A program made the translations under genes and the position numbers. From Candidatus Kerfeldbacteria bacterium (GTDB lineage: Bacteria; Patescibacteriota; Patescibacteriia; SBBC01), in assembly GCA_043799405.1 (NCBI GenBank), contig JAZDNT010000003.1, positions 399,461 to 463,460 on the forward strand: a DNA stretch of 64,000 nucleotides, read 5' to 3'. Below the pieces are notes generated by a model. It ran no database searches, was not told the DNA's origin, and saw only the letters and a list, made by a program, of their open reading frames with translations. Shown here piece by piece: positions 30,882 to 39,395 of the stretch (positions are counted from its first letter, which is position 1; every line of letters starts with the position of its first letter).

Positions 30882-31226
30882 CTATCTCTTTAATTCCTGT
30901 CCATCAATCTGCTTCAGGGCGTCGTCGCTAATGAAGGCATCGATCTTTCGTTCGGTGCGTTTTAGGATTACGTAGTTCCTAAATGTTATCCCGAAAAGGA
31001 TCACGATCCCGATGATGACGATGAGATCGAACGTCCTGCTGATGCTGAACGTCTTAAGGATAAAATTCACGCTATGGGGGAAAACGACCACTACGATGAG
31101 TCCGATCCACAGCACCTGCCACATGACTGCCTCGACTTTACCGAACTCCTTTCTCCGAAAGTGCAGGAAGGTGAAATAGGTCATCCATAACGCGAAGAGG
31201 ATGGCGACGATTTGGATTCCGATCAT
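30882..31226 (-). CDS. Small membrane protein (DUF2304-like partner of the GT2 gene)
   Basis: 114 aa with 4 hydrophobic segments. ATGA-type overlap with the upstream GT2 gene. This GT2 plus small-membrane-protein pairing is a known arrangement. Confidence 0.6.
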   Translation of the reverse strand: MIGIQIVAILFALWMTYFTFLHFRRKEFGKVEAVMWQVLWIGLIVVVVFPHSVNFILKTFSISRTFDLIVIIGIVILFGITFRNYVILKRTERKIDAFISDDALKQIDGQELKR

Positions 31227-31885
31227 GAAAACCTCCAGATGAGCATGTTAATAAAAATACGCAATCCGTCGATGACTGTAGTTCCCTTATACTTATCATG
31301 GTAGACGGTATCGATCGGTATCTCACAAAAACGAAGATGGTGTTTTCCGGCATTGACAACCATTTCCGTCTCTGCGGCATAGCGGGGCGACCGCCACATG
31401 ATTTTTTCGAACACCGTACTCCGAAATGCCCGAAACCCTGCCTGCGTATCGGATAGAAAAATCCCGAAGAGCAGTTTAGTAGCGATAGAAAAGAAATAAT
31501 TTCCAATCCTCATCGCAATCGGCATTTCGCCTCCGATATGCCGGGCACCGAACACTATGTCAACGTTCCCTGTTTCGATCTTTTCAATAAAGCGCGGAAT
31601 ATCCTTTGGTTTATGCTGTCCATCAGAATCCATGAACACGACAATATCAGCACCCAATTGAATTGCTGCCCGCGCGCCGGTTCGAAGCGCAATTCCCTTT
31701 CCGAGATTAATTCGGTGCCGCAATACGCGCACTTCGGGAGGTACCGTCGACAAAATCTGACGGGATCCTTCATCAGAACCATCGTCAACAATAATCATTC
31801 CGTCGCAATACCGCAGCGCCTCTTTAGCTATCGGGAGTATACGATCTTTTTCGTTGAACGCCGGTATGACGACCCATGTCTTCAT
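31223..31885 (-). CDS. GT2 glycosyltransferase (DPM1-like, soluble)
   Basis: VVIPAFNEKDRI, IIVDDGSDEGS and FMDSDGQHKP motifs are seen. Confidence 0.8.
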   Translation of the reverse strand: MKTWVVIPAFNEKDRILPIAKEALRYCDGMIIVDDGSDEGSRQILSTVPPEVRVLRHRINLGKGIALRTGARAAIQLGADIVVFMDSDGQHKPKDIPRFIEKIETGNVDIVFGARHIGGEMPIAMRIGNYFFSIATKLLFGIFLSDTQAGFRAFRSTVFEKIMWRSPRYAAETEMVVNAGKHHLRFCEIPIDTVYHDKYKGTTVIDGLRIFINMLIWRFS

Positions 31886-32124
31886 TGATCTTGTAAGAAA
31901 TGATTCATGTCTAACAATACGTCAGATATTCTTAAACAAAAACGTCTCTACGTCAATCACAAGCCTTGATTCGTTCTTTCGTGTATCCTACTTTCTACAT
32001 GAGTAATTACTGCCTGTGTCCTACCTTTGTACCATATTCAAAGACCCGAATCAATCCATAAGCGCTAACGTACGAATACGAAAAAGACAACCTCTGAACC
32101 AAGGCTGCTTGTTGTCGATGTTGC

Positions 32125-32295
32125 TTAGCGTGTACCTATACCCGATTCCGTCGCACCGACCTGCTGCTCAATGGATCGGTCAACGGTCTGGTACTTATCG
32201 CGCACGTTCCCGTAAAGGAAGTACACGAACAGCGGGATGCTGAGCGTAAGCACGCATACCCAAACCACCTTGCCGATGTGTGTTGTATGTTTCAT
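32125..32295 (-). CDS. Possible 56-aa single-pass membrane protein
   Basis: Not in the ORF track (under 60 aa). The translation is MKHTTHIGKVVWVCVLTLSIPLFVYFLYGNVRDKYQTVDRSIEQQVGATESGIGTR. It is the only plausible coding potential in the 500-bp gap 31886-32394. Confidence 0.35.
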   Translation of the reverse strand: MKHTTHIGKVVWVCVLTLSIPLFVYFLYGNVRDKYQTVDRSIEQQVGATESGIGTR

Positions 32296-32394
32296 TGCTT
32301 TTTATTTTACGCACATCACTATTGTAGCACCTTTTTCGAACAAAATCAAGCACGACCAGCTTTTACTTAAGCAGCGCTCAATATTTTTTCTCTG

Positions 32395-32742
32395 TTACAA
32401 CTTTTGCACCAACTGCATCATTTCGTTGTAGTGCCGTTCGATGATCTTCGGATCCCGATACCTCGAGGAAAAGATCTTCAGGTGGTCCATCGCCGCAACA
32501 ATTGATTCCTTGATTGGCGAATCAATATCGCCGCCGGTCGCCCGAAAGGCGTTCCGTACGATGAGCTCGATCTGCGTATCAGTGAGCTTTTCCGCTGCTG
32601 ACGGGTCGAGGTCCTCGAGCACCTCTGCCATCTCCTTTGTCTGCGCTTCGCGGTGCGCCTGCTTAAAGCACAGAACGAGCGCTTTGCAGACATCGAGCGG
32701 CGTTAGAGGTTTTTCGCTGTCGATGCCGTATATGATCGCCAT
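32395..32742 (-). CDS. Hypothetical soluble helical protein
   Basis: 115-aa ORF with normal amino-acid composition. No family was recognised. Confidence 0.55.
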   Translation of the reverse strand: MAIIYGIDSEKPLTPLDVCKALVLCFKQAHREAQTKEMAEVLEDLDPSAAEKLTDTQIELIVRNAFRATGGDIDSPIKESIVAAMDHLKIFSSRYRDPKIIERHYNEMMQLVQKL

Positions 32743-32828
32743 AATTCCTCCACAAGTCGTTCAGCTACAGCGTACCGCATGAGGTAACGCTGTCAATCAT
32801 CGGTGCGTGTTCCTTCTTTATGTTGCGG

Positions 32829-33413
32829 TTATTCCCCAGAAACCTGAAATGTCAGGGTCTTCAGCAATAGATTAGGGTCTTTGACTGCGAGACTATAGGT
32901 ACCGGGCGGCGTCCCGGGCAGTACGATCCACGTTTTCGTCATTGACGTAAGGTGTTTCAAGAAGTCTGGGCGCGGGCCGGGCTTCCCTATTCCGATACAC
33001 CCTCCGATATCCTCAATGTACGTTTCAAGGCCTGCCCACGACTTCAGATGATCGTACACATCTTTACGCATGATGCCGCTTCCGTTCCGGAGATAGTTCC
33101 GCTGGTTCTCGGCAATGTTATCTGTACTTCTCTCGTCGGGAGGCATTTGTACGCTGTTCGGATAGAAATCGACCGGCAGAGCGTTTCCGTTATCCCCGGT
33201 CATCGATTGAATGCTGATGCTTTCGCACGTACTGAACCGCCAGCTTGCAACGAAACCGGATGCGCGGATTACAAGCGTATCGCCCGGCCTGACAACAGGA
33301 GTCAAGACCTTCAGACGAATCACGTCGATGCTGTACCAGGCGTATATACAACCTCCGATCACAACGGTCGTTCCCACAATGAATGCGATCGTCTTTCGTT
33401 GAATGTGTTTCAT
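32829..33413 (-). CDS. N-terminally anchored extracytoplasmic protein
   Basis: The start at MKHIQRK gives an ATGA overlap with the upstream hydrolase stop. There is one TM segment (IAFIVGTTVVIGGCIYAWY) followed by a beta-rich domain. Confidence 0.6.
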   Translation of the reverse strand: MKHIQRKTIAFIVGTTVVIGGCIYAWYSIDVIRLKVLTPVVRPGDTLVIRASGFVASWRFSTCESISIQSMTGDNGNALPVDFYPNSVQMPPDERSTDNIAENQRNYLRNGSGIMRKDVYDHLKSWAGLETYIEDIGGCIGIGKPGPRPDFLKHLTSMTKTWIVLPGTPPGTYSLAVKDPNLLLKTLTFQVSGE

Positions 33414-34285
33414 ACGATGCCCATCATCCATTGAAGTATACACCGTGCGAGTTCGCGCTCGTGCTTTACAAAGGAATGGTCAGCGCCGCGTATGATCGAA
33501 CCGTCGTACCGCGGCACGTTCTTCGCCTTTATGCGGTAAAGCTCAATAAGCTCCTTAGCGCTTCGGTCCATGTGTTCATCTCTGCTCCCGAAGACGACAG
33601 CAAGCGGCGAGCGGAGGCTCTTCATCGCGGTCCATCGCGCGTTCGGATTATACACTGGAAAGACGTCTTCTGCCTCGCCGGGATTGTAGAGGCTGATGAA
33701 ACGGCTTGCGCAGTACATTTTCTTGTTGAGCCACACGAGCGCGTTCGGATCGCGGCGCCGGAGTCGCTTCGCTTTCCGGAGCACCCGCTCAACGACTCTC
33801 CGTCCTGCGTGACCCCAATCCGCAGCAATATCGCTCAAACCGCCGGCGAGCAAGAGCCCTTTAACGCGCCGGTCATGCGTACGGTACATGTAGTAGACGA
33901 TCTTGTTCGCTCCGGTCGAGTGTCCTGCGAGAATGACATTTTTATATCCACAACGATGGGCGCATGCGATCATGGCTTTGATGTCGAGAACACACTTCTT
34001 AAAGTCCTCATATGCGACACCGATCGTCTTTTTATTGCTGCGGGCGGCGATATCGTGCCCGCGGTTGTTGAACTTGAAGTACCCGAGGCCATTGAGCGTG
34101 CATCTTTTCGATAGCTCACGTACGAACGGCATGCCATGGTAAAACGCGGACGTAAGCCCATGGAGCCAGATCAGCGCGGTACGCTTTTTGCCGCGCGGAT
34201 GTGCTGTTATTCCGGCAAGCGTAATCCCGTCAGACGTTTTTGCCTCGACAAATTCCAGTCGTTCCATATCGGCATTGTACCACAC
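33410..34285 (-). CDS. Alpha/beta-fold hydrolase
   Basis: Nucleophile elbow GHSTGA (GxSxG), an upstream HG oxyanion region (WLHGLTSAFYHG) and a C-terminal ADH. The start may be at 34267. Confidence 0.7.
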   Translation of the reverse strand: MWYNADMERLEFVEAKTSDGITLAGITAHPRGKKRTALIWLHGLTSAFYHGMPFVRELSKRCTLNGLGYFKFNNRGHDIAARSNKKTIGVAYEDFKKCVLDIKAMIACAHRCGYKNVILAGHSTGANKIVYYMYRTHDRRVKGLLLAGGLSDIAADWGHAGRRVVERVLRKAKRLRRRDPNALVWLNKKMYCASRFISLYNPGEAEDVFPVYNPNARWTAMKSLRSPLAVVFGSRDEHMDRSAKELIELYRIKAKNVPRYDGSIIRGADHSFVKHERELARCILQWMMGIV

Positions 34286-34342
34286 AATTCAGAACAAAAC
34301 GGCGTATACCGCAACGACTGCGAAGAAGCGGCGCGCTTGTTT

Positions 34343-36073
34343 TTACTGCGCCGGCGACGGACACGCATCCTTCAAACCGACACAGGCGTAGACGCACCCG
34401 GGGCACGTAGCGTAATCGCTCGGGTAGCTGCACTCCTGGTTCGGGTCATTGACGTTCTCCGCGATGCTTCCTGATGATCCGCAGACACAGTACCCTTCGT
34501 AGCTCCAGTGTGCGTTCGGGATCTTGTCGGGTGTACAGTTTGCCTGGATGCACGAGATGCCGCTCTGCGGACTGAAGGTATAGCCCGGTTTACAGCCATG
34601 TTCGTCGACGGTAATTTCAGGGGCAGCAGTGTTCGTATTTTCATTGTCGTTCGCGTTCGCCTGATTCGCATTCTGGTACTGTGCCTTTTCCTCCTTCAAC
34701 TGCTTGACGAGGCGGTCGATGATCTCGCTCATCCGTTGTTTCCAGTTCTTCTGTAGGTCTTCCTTGTTCTCCCGGAGCATACGTTTGATCTCATCCCTGA
34801 TACGGGACCGAAGCGCGTCGAGATCGAAGCCTTCGCGTTCTGTTGCGGGAAACAGTCGTTCGAGGTCGCCCCCGAACAGAAGATCGAGGATTGCATCTCC
34901 GCCGCGTTTGTCCTGATCGATGATGCGTTCGAGCACGTCAAAGTTTATAAGCCGGCGGATTTCGTTGCCGACCTCCTGGTACACGATCTGCTGTGCCTGT
35001 CCGAGCACCCGGTTCAGAAGGTCGCGTCCGAGCATCTTTACGACGTTCGCTACCGATATCTTTTCCGCCTCACTGGTGAACCGTTCCGCACCCTTGTCGA
35101 ACTGCTGTGCCATGAGTTCGAGCGCAACGACATTCTCCCGGAACTCTGCCATGGTAATGTCACGATTTCTCAGTTGTTCCTTCAAGTCTTCGTGCGCCTG
35201 CCGCAATTCTGCAGCGCGATTCCGTAGATCCGTCGCTGCATCGCTGTACATCTTTTTCACGTCGGTGACGAGCTTCTGCTGTTCGTTAATGTCATTAATG
35301 ATACGGTTGATCCGTTCGGCACGACCAAAGACGGCGTTCAGGTTCGGATTCTTCACGATGTTCTTCGTGATGATCGCCGACACGATAGGGCCAACGACCG
35401 GACCCATCCACCGGGTCGCGCGATCGGGGAGCGATACGATGAACTGGCAGACGTTCTTGATGCAGCGGAACGCGTTCTTGAGCCGGATCTTCGCCTCTGC
35501 AGCGGGGACCAGGCTGTAACGCGAAGGGAACCCTTCGGAGACGCTCACCGCATTCGCCGCCTCTCCGGTACCGAACGTCTGAATGTAGGTGAGATGACCC
35601 TGCTCAAAGACGATCAGTGCCTGAGCCGACAGGTACGATTCAACGACGCCTTCCTCGTACAACCCTGGAAGGTAATCGACCGCTTCCATGCCCGAGCCGC
35701 CGATGGCTTTTTCTATATCGCTCTTCGACATCGAGTAGTCAAAATCCTGCGGCGATAGGGTTGTTGCCGTTGAGGTCGCTTCCGGGACGTATTCATCTAC
35801 CGAAGCGATGCTGCCGCCTAAAAATGTCACTTTTTTTCCGATTTCGGGATAAAACCATACCTCATTCCTGGCAAGAAACGACGCCGTATCCGACTCCTGC
35901 GGAACATAGGTAATCGCGAATTGCGCCGGCTGACCGTAGGCATCAATGACCTCCTGCTGTGCCGAGACAACGTCGCCGGAGTTCCCGGATTTCCTCTGTG
36001 ACCAAACAAACCACAACGCCGCTGCAATAATGACGACAATCACTAGTATCAGCAGCCCCTTTTTCATACACAA
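34343..36073 (-). CDS. Secreted or anchored protein with a long coiled coil and a Cys-rich C-terminal module
   Basis: N-terminal TM/signal (GLLILVIVVIIAAALWFVW), a central helical heptad-rich region, a low-complexity N/A/D tract, and a final ~90 aa containing 11 Cys (HGCKPGY...SCIQANC...GYCVCG...ECSYP...TCPGCVYACVGLKDAC). Confidence 0.65.
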   Translation of the reverse strand: MCMKKGLLILVIVVIIAAALWFVWSQRKSGNSGDVVSAQQEVIDAYGQPAQFAITYVPQESDTASFLARNEVWFYPEIGKKVTFLGGSIASVDEYVPEATSTATTLSPQDFDYSMSKSDIEKAIGGSGMEAVDYLPGLYEEGVVESYLSAQALIVFEQGHLTYIQTFGTGEAANAVSVSEGFPSRYSLVPAAEAKIRLKNAFRCIKNVCQFIVSLPDRATRWMGPVVGPIVSAIITKNIVKNPNLNAVFGRAERINRIINDINEQQKLVTDVKKMYSDAATDLRNRAAELRQAHEDLKEQLRNRDITMAEFRENVVALELMAQQFDKGAERFTSEAEKISVANVVKMLGRDLLNRVLGQAQQIVYQEVGNEIRRLINFDVLERIIDQDKRGGDAILDLLFGGDLERLFPATEREGFDLDALRSRIRDEIKRMLRENKEDLQKNWKQRMSEIIDRLVKQLKEEKAQYQNANQANANDNENTNTAAPEITVDEHGCKPGYTFSPQSGISCIQANCTPDKIPNAHWSYEGYCVCGSSGSIAENVNDPNQECSYPSDYATCPGCVYACVGLKDACPSPAQ

Positions 36074-36180
36074 CTACTGTAGCTTGTTGGATTGAACCTC
36101 GTCAAAAGAGTCATACACATGCAACACAACGCCACATGCCATTTTGTAGGCATAAGGCATTGTGTTTTTATCCTCAACGT

Positions 36181-36579
36181 TTACTCAGTGGTTACGCCGT
36201 CGAATTCCGGACCGTCCGCTGTTGCCTCCTCTTTCGTCTTCCTGACGATCCCGTCCTTGTGGTGCGCAGGCGAATAGATCGTATAGAGCTTCAGGTCCTC
36301 CGTGTCAGAGGTGTTGATCACGTTGTGCTCGGCTCCTGCCGGAACGACAATGACCGAACCGTCGCTGAGCGCGTACTCGTTTCCGTCAATGATGCACTTT
36401 CCCTGCCCTTTTTCAAAACGGAAGAACTGGTCGTTGTCGGTATGGACCTCCATGCCTATCTCTTCAGAGGGCTTTAAGCTCATCAGTACGAGCTGGCTGT
36501 GCGTTCCGGTATACAACACCTTCCGAAAGTTGGTGTTCGCGATCGTATCCTTCTCAATATTCGTGTTAAATCCTTTCAT
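36181..36579 (-). CDS. Cupin domain protein
   Basis: EIGMEVHTDNDQFFRFEKGQG...DGSVIVVPAGAEHNVIN matches the two cupin motifs (H.H...E and P.G..H.). Confidence 0.75.
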   Translation of the reverse strand: MKGFNTNIEKDTIANTNFRKVLYTGTHSQLVLMSLKPSEEIGMEVHTDNDQFFRFEKGQGKCIIDGNEYALSDGSVIVVPAGAEHNVINTSDTEDLKLYTIYSPAHHKDGIVRKTKEEATADGPEFDGVTTE

Positions 36580-36701
36580 ATGTACCTCACTGAATTAATT
36601 GTTAGGAATATTCATAATGTTTAGTCAGCTATCAGCTATAGGGGACGATGTTAGAACTCTTTTTCCCTCGAAGCTGGGTCAACGTCGGACACCTCAAGAC
36701 A

Positions 36702-37283
36702 CTATCTAGTTGCAGCCGGTGGTTCTTTTGTCGAACCGCGGGCGAGAACCTGATCGAGAAGGTCTGGTTCGTTATCCTGTAATTCCGCCAGGTACATTCT
36801 TACGTTACTAGACGCGGGCGTCCGACACTCGGCCGCGGCGAGCGCGAAGGCCACAGCGCGATGATGACCTTCGAGCAGTACGATCCGACCATCCGGTTTC
36901 CGGAGACCGATCATCGTGGTCGGCGCGGTAAACGACTCGCTCATTTTTCTGATATCAGCTCGGGCTGACCATTCGCTCTTTTGTGCTGGATCCGCGAGCA
37001 GGTCGGCGAACGTGGTCTCGTTCTTTTTCGTCACCCGCGCCTGCCATCCTGAATACGGGCCAATGAACATGGCAGGTATTTCGGTAGCCGGCTCGGACAG
37101 CTCATAGAGTGCCCACGCACGATCCGCTAGCCGGAGCTGAGTTGCGGTAAACGTCCTCCATGACGTCCAGTCCGGCCAGCCTTTAATTTCGGTCGCAGTC
37201 TTGATCCAGCCCGGGTTCGTCGCTTCTCGCGAGGTCCAGTCGGCGAAAACCTCGGACCAGTTCGAATCACGAAGCTTTTTCAT
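36702..37283 (-). CDS. Hypothetical protein with a possible ParB/sulfiredoxin-like motif
   Basis: 193-aa ORF. IVLLEGHHRAVAFALAAA resembles the (D/E)GHHR motif of ParB-like nuclease domains. This is a weak single-motif call. Confidence 0.5.
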   Translation of the reverse strand: MKKLRDSNWSEVFADWTSREATNPGWIKTATEIKGWPDWTSWRTFTATQLRLADRAWALYELSEPATEIPAMFIGPYSGWQARVTKKNETTFADLLADPAQKSEWSARADIRKMSESFTAPTTMIGLRKPDGRIVLLEGHHRAVAFALAAAECRTPASSNVRMYLAELQDNEPDLLDQVLARGSTKEPPAATR

Positions 37284-37376
37284 ACACCTAAAATATCATA
37301 ACAATAGTAAGCCCTCAATGTCGTACATGGTCGGGGTGATCCCACCCATCGGCGGGACGACCTTCCCGCTCCACAG

Positions 37377-37551
37377 TCGGGGTACCGAGATTCGAACTCG
37401 GGACCTTCCCGCTCCAGTCGGGGTGACTGGACTTGAACCAGCGACCTCTTGGTCCCAAACCAAGCGCTCTAGCCAGCTGAGCTACACCCCGACTGGAGCG
37501 GGACGCGCGGACTTTACCCCGCCGGATGGCGGGGAGCTGCGCTATACCCCG
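37377..37551 (-). pseudogene. tRNA-Pro-like shell U2, split by the intact tRNA-Pro
   Basis: The 5' half is CGGGGTA TA GCGC [30-nt D-loop containing the hairpin CCCCGCC ATCC GGCGGGG] GCGC G TCCCG CTCCAGT. The 3' half is CTGGAG CGGGA AGGTC CCGAG TTCGAAT CTCGG TACCCCG A. The acceptor (7/7), anticodon stem and T arm are intact, but there is no anticodon loop and no G18G19. Confidence 0.6.
37418..37491 (-). tRNA. tRNA-Pro (anticodon TGG), no encoded CCA
   Basis: The minus strand reads CGGGGTG TA GCTC AGCTGGCTA GAGC G CTTGG TTTGGGA CCAAG AGGTC GCTGG TTCAAGT CCAGT CACCCCG A. All four stems are Watson-Crick, and C1:G72 with A73 is typical of bacterial tRNA-Pro. Confidence 0.9.
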
Positions 37552-37634
37552 ACTGTGGTGCGGGACGCGCATCTTTTTCTGCGCCAATCCCCGTCATGCC
37601 GACTCTACCAAGTTCTGCCCCAGCCGACAAGCGA

Positions 37635-37943
37635 TTATATGAGCGCGACGGTAACAAGGGCCGTTACCGTTATAAGCGCAAGCCACCCGATCGTCATCAC
37701 AACCGCAGTAATCGCCTCCCGTTTCTGTCCGTTCATGAAAAGGACAGCCGGGTAGCCGAACACAAGGCTTCCGACGACCGCGGCCGATACACAAAAAAGC
37801 AGCAGGAACGCGGTCGCGGCGAGAACCGTCGTCATCTGGCCGAACAGGCGTTCGCCATTTCGCATGATCGTTGCGACGACTGCGACGTACGCCGCGACGC
37901 CGAGCGCGTTCAAAAGGGTCCTTGATACAACCGATTTTTGCAT
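37635..37943 (-). CDS. Small three-TM membrane protein
   Basis: The start is chosen at MQKSVVSRTLLNALGVAAYVAVV. The protein is hydrophobic and lies downstream of the TSP3-repeat protein gene. Confidence 0.55.
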   Translation of the reverse strand: MQKSVVSRTLLNALGVAAYVAVVATIMRNGERLFGQMTTVLAATAFLLLFCVSAAVVGSLVFGYPAVLFMNGQKREAITAVVMTIGWLALITVTALVTVALI

Positions 37944-37975
37944 ATCGATGATTCGATTATAGCTATAGAGTAGAC

Positions 37976-39301
37976 TTACGGCGCGACGAACGTCGCATCC
38001 GCCGATGTAGTGCACTTCGGGTTCGGTGCGGTCGAGCAGCCGCGTATCGCGTAGTGGTACGTCGTTCCGGATGTTACGGTAAACGAAATCGCGTGGCTCT
38101 TCGTGAACGCGAAGTCGCTCCGATGGCTTCCGTACGCCGTGGTTGGTCCCCAGTTGACGATCCCGTCTGCCGATACGTCAGTCGACCAGCTGACCGTCGC
38201 CTGTCCGCCGCTAAACGTTACCGTTGTGCCGGAGATGACCGGCGCGGTCGAATTCTTCATGCGTGCCCAGCGTGCAGACTGTTCGTCAGTCGCGGCACCA
38301 GGACCTAATGGGTTCGACTTCTGATCAACCTCCGTCTTATCACTAACGCCGTCGCCATCCGTGTCCTTATAGAGCGGCGACGTTTCATACGCGTAGAATT
38401 CATCACCGTCTTTTAATCCATCACCGTCAGTGTCTGCTTTATCCGTTTTCGTACCAATCAGAAGCTCAACGCGGTTCACGAGCCCGTCCTTATCAGTATC
38501 GTTCGACTGGTCTTTCAGCACTGCGGGAGTATTTTCCGAATCCGGCCAGTTCTTCGGGAAGATGTACACGGTGAACTGGATATCGTTCCGGACGCCCATA
38601 GTGTAGCCATCGTCGCACGTGTACTGCGCTCCATAGACCTTGGGGTGCGCGAGCGACTTGTAGTAGTTAATGTCGCACTCACCCGGTTCCGTTGAGATCT
38701 TCTGCACGATTGTCTGGTCCTCCGGATCGACGTTGCGGAACGTGAATGTTAACGGTACTGCAGGGTCAAAGACACCGAGACGCTGCGCGTAGAACCTTCC
38801 GGTGATCATCGCGTTCCTGTTCGTGCAGTCGCCGCTGTAGAGGCCGAGCGGCACGGTCGTTACCGCGTCCGGCGTGTACGATAGATAGACCGCGGCTGCC
38901 GAGCACCACCAGTTCGTCATAAGATACATCGGGCCTAATGGAGCATCCGCAAGGAATTCCTCCCTGGTGATCATGGTCGGTTTCGACGCGCCCGATGCGG
39001 CGTTACCGGGATTCACATCGCCGTAGTTATACAGGTCGAGCTGCGGACCCTGTTGTTCGACCGTTTTCAACACCTTGTGATTATCGTCAGAAAGGTACTT
39101 AAAGTAGTTCACGATCGAGCTCTGCTTCGTCGCCTTGACCCGTTTCGCCTTCTGGGTCACCTTTATCTGCTGGCGGTGCTTTACGGTCATTCCAGAAATA
39201 CGGATCTTCGTTGCTGCGTCTGCGGCGAATCCTGCGCAGAGAAACACCAGCAACGTCGCGATAATAAAACTCGGACGGAAATGCGTTCGTAGAATTTTCA
39301 T
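37976..39301 (-). CDS. Secreted protein with thrombospondin type-3-like Ca-binding repeats and a C-terminal FN3/PAP-N-like domain
   Basis: Signal-like N-terminus (FIIATLLVFLCAGFAADA). Three D-rich repeats: DTDKDGLVNRVE, DTDGDGLKDGDE and DTDGDGVSDKTE. The C-terminal ISGTTVTFSGGQATVSWSTDVSADGIVNWGPTTAYG is an FN3-like beta sandwich. Confidence 0.7.
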   Translation of the reverse strand: MKILRTHFRPSFIIATLLVFLCAGFAADAATKIRISGMTVKHRQQIKVTQKAKRVKATKQSSIVNYFKYLSDDNHKVLKTVEQQGPQLDLYNYGDVNPGNAASGASKPTMITREEFLADAPLGPMYLMTNWWCSAAAVYLSYTPDAVTTVPLGLYSGDCTNRNAMITGRFYAQRLGVFDPAVPLTFTFRNVDPEDQTIVQKISTEPGECDINYYKSLAHPKVYGAQYTCDDGYTMGVRNDIQFTVYIFPKNWPDSENTPAVLKDQSNDTDKDGLVNRVELLIGTKTDKADTDGDGLKDGDEFYAYETSPLYKDTDGDGVSDKTEVDQKSNPLGPGAATDEQSARWARMKNSTAPVISGTTVTFSGGQATVSWSTDVSADGIVNWGPTTAYGSHRSDFAFTKSHAISFTVTSGTTYHYAIRGCSTAPNPKCTTSADATFVAP

Positions 39302-39395
39302 ACGTAATTCATTAGCGGATAAATGCACAATTGGTGCGACTCTATCCTAACGCAAAAACGTCGTGTACGCCAATCGATGCATCATCATGGATCGC

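Larger units (their letters stand above)
37328..37593 (-). pseudogene. tRNA-Pro-like shell U1, split by U2 (outermost, most degenerate)
   Basis: The 5' half is CGGGGAT TG GCGC AGAAAAAGAT GCGC G TCCCG CACCACAGT. The 3' half is CTGTGGAG CGGGA AGGTC GTCCCGCC GATG GGTGGGAT CACCCCG A CCA. The acceptor pairs only 5/7, and the T arm is replaced by a 7-bp tetraloop hairpin. Confidence 0.5.

Noticed and set aside
37377-37551. Reading shell U2 as a functional intron-containing tRNA-Trp (loop CTCCAGT, anticodon CCA, with tRNA-Pro plus CTGGAG as the intron)
   Set aside because: The acceptor stem (C1:G72, A73) and the body are Pro-like. The D-loop lacks G18G19 and carries a 30-nt expansion, and the CTCCAG/CTGGAG pairing is better explained as the clamp around the inner gene. 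It is kept only as a remote alternative.
37201-37755. ORFs 37201-37755(+) and 37315-37587(-) spanning the tRNA-Pro nest
   Set aside because: They read straight through tRNA and tRNA-like sequence. The translations are G/R/P-rich and there is no start context.
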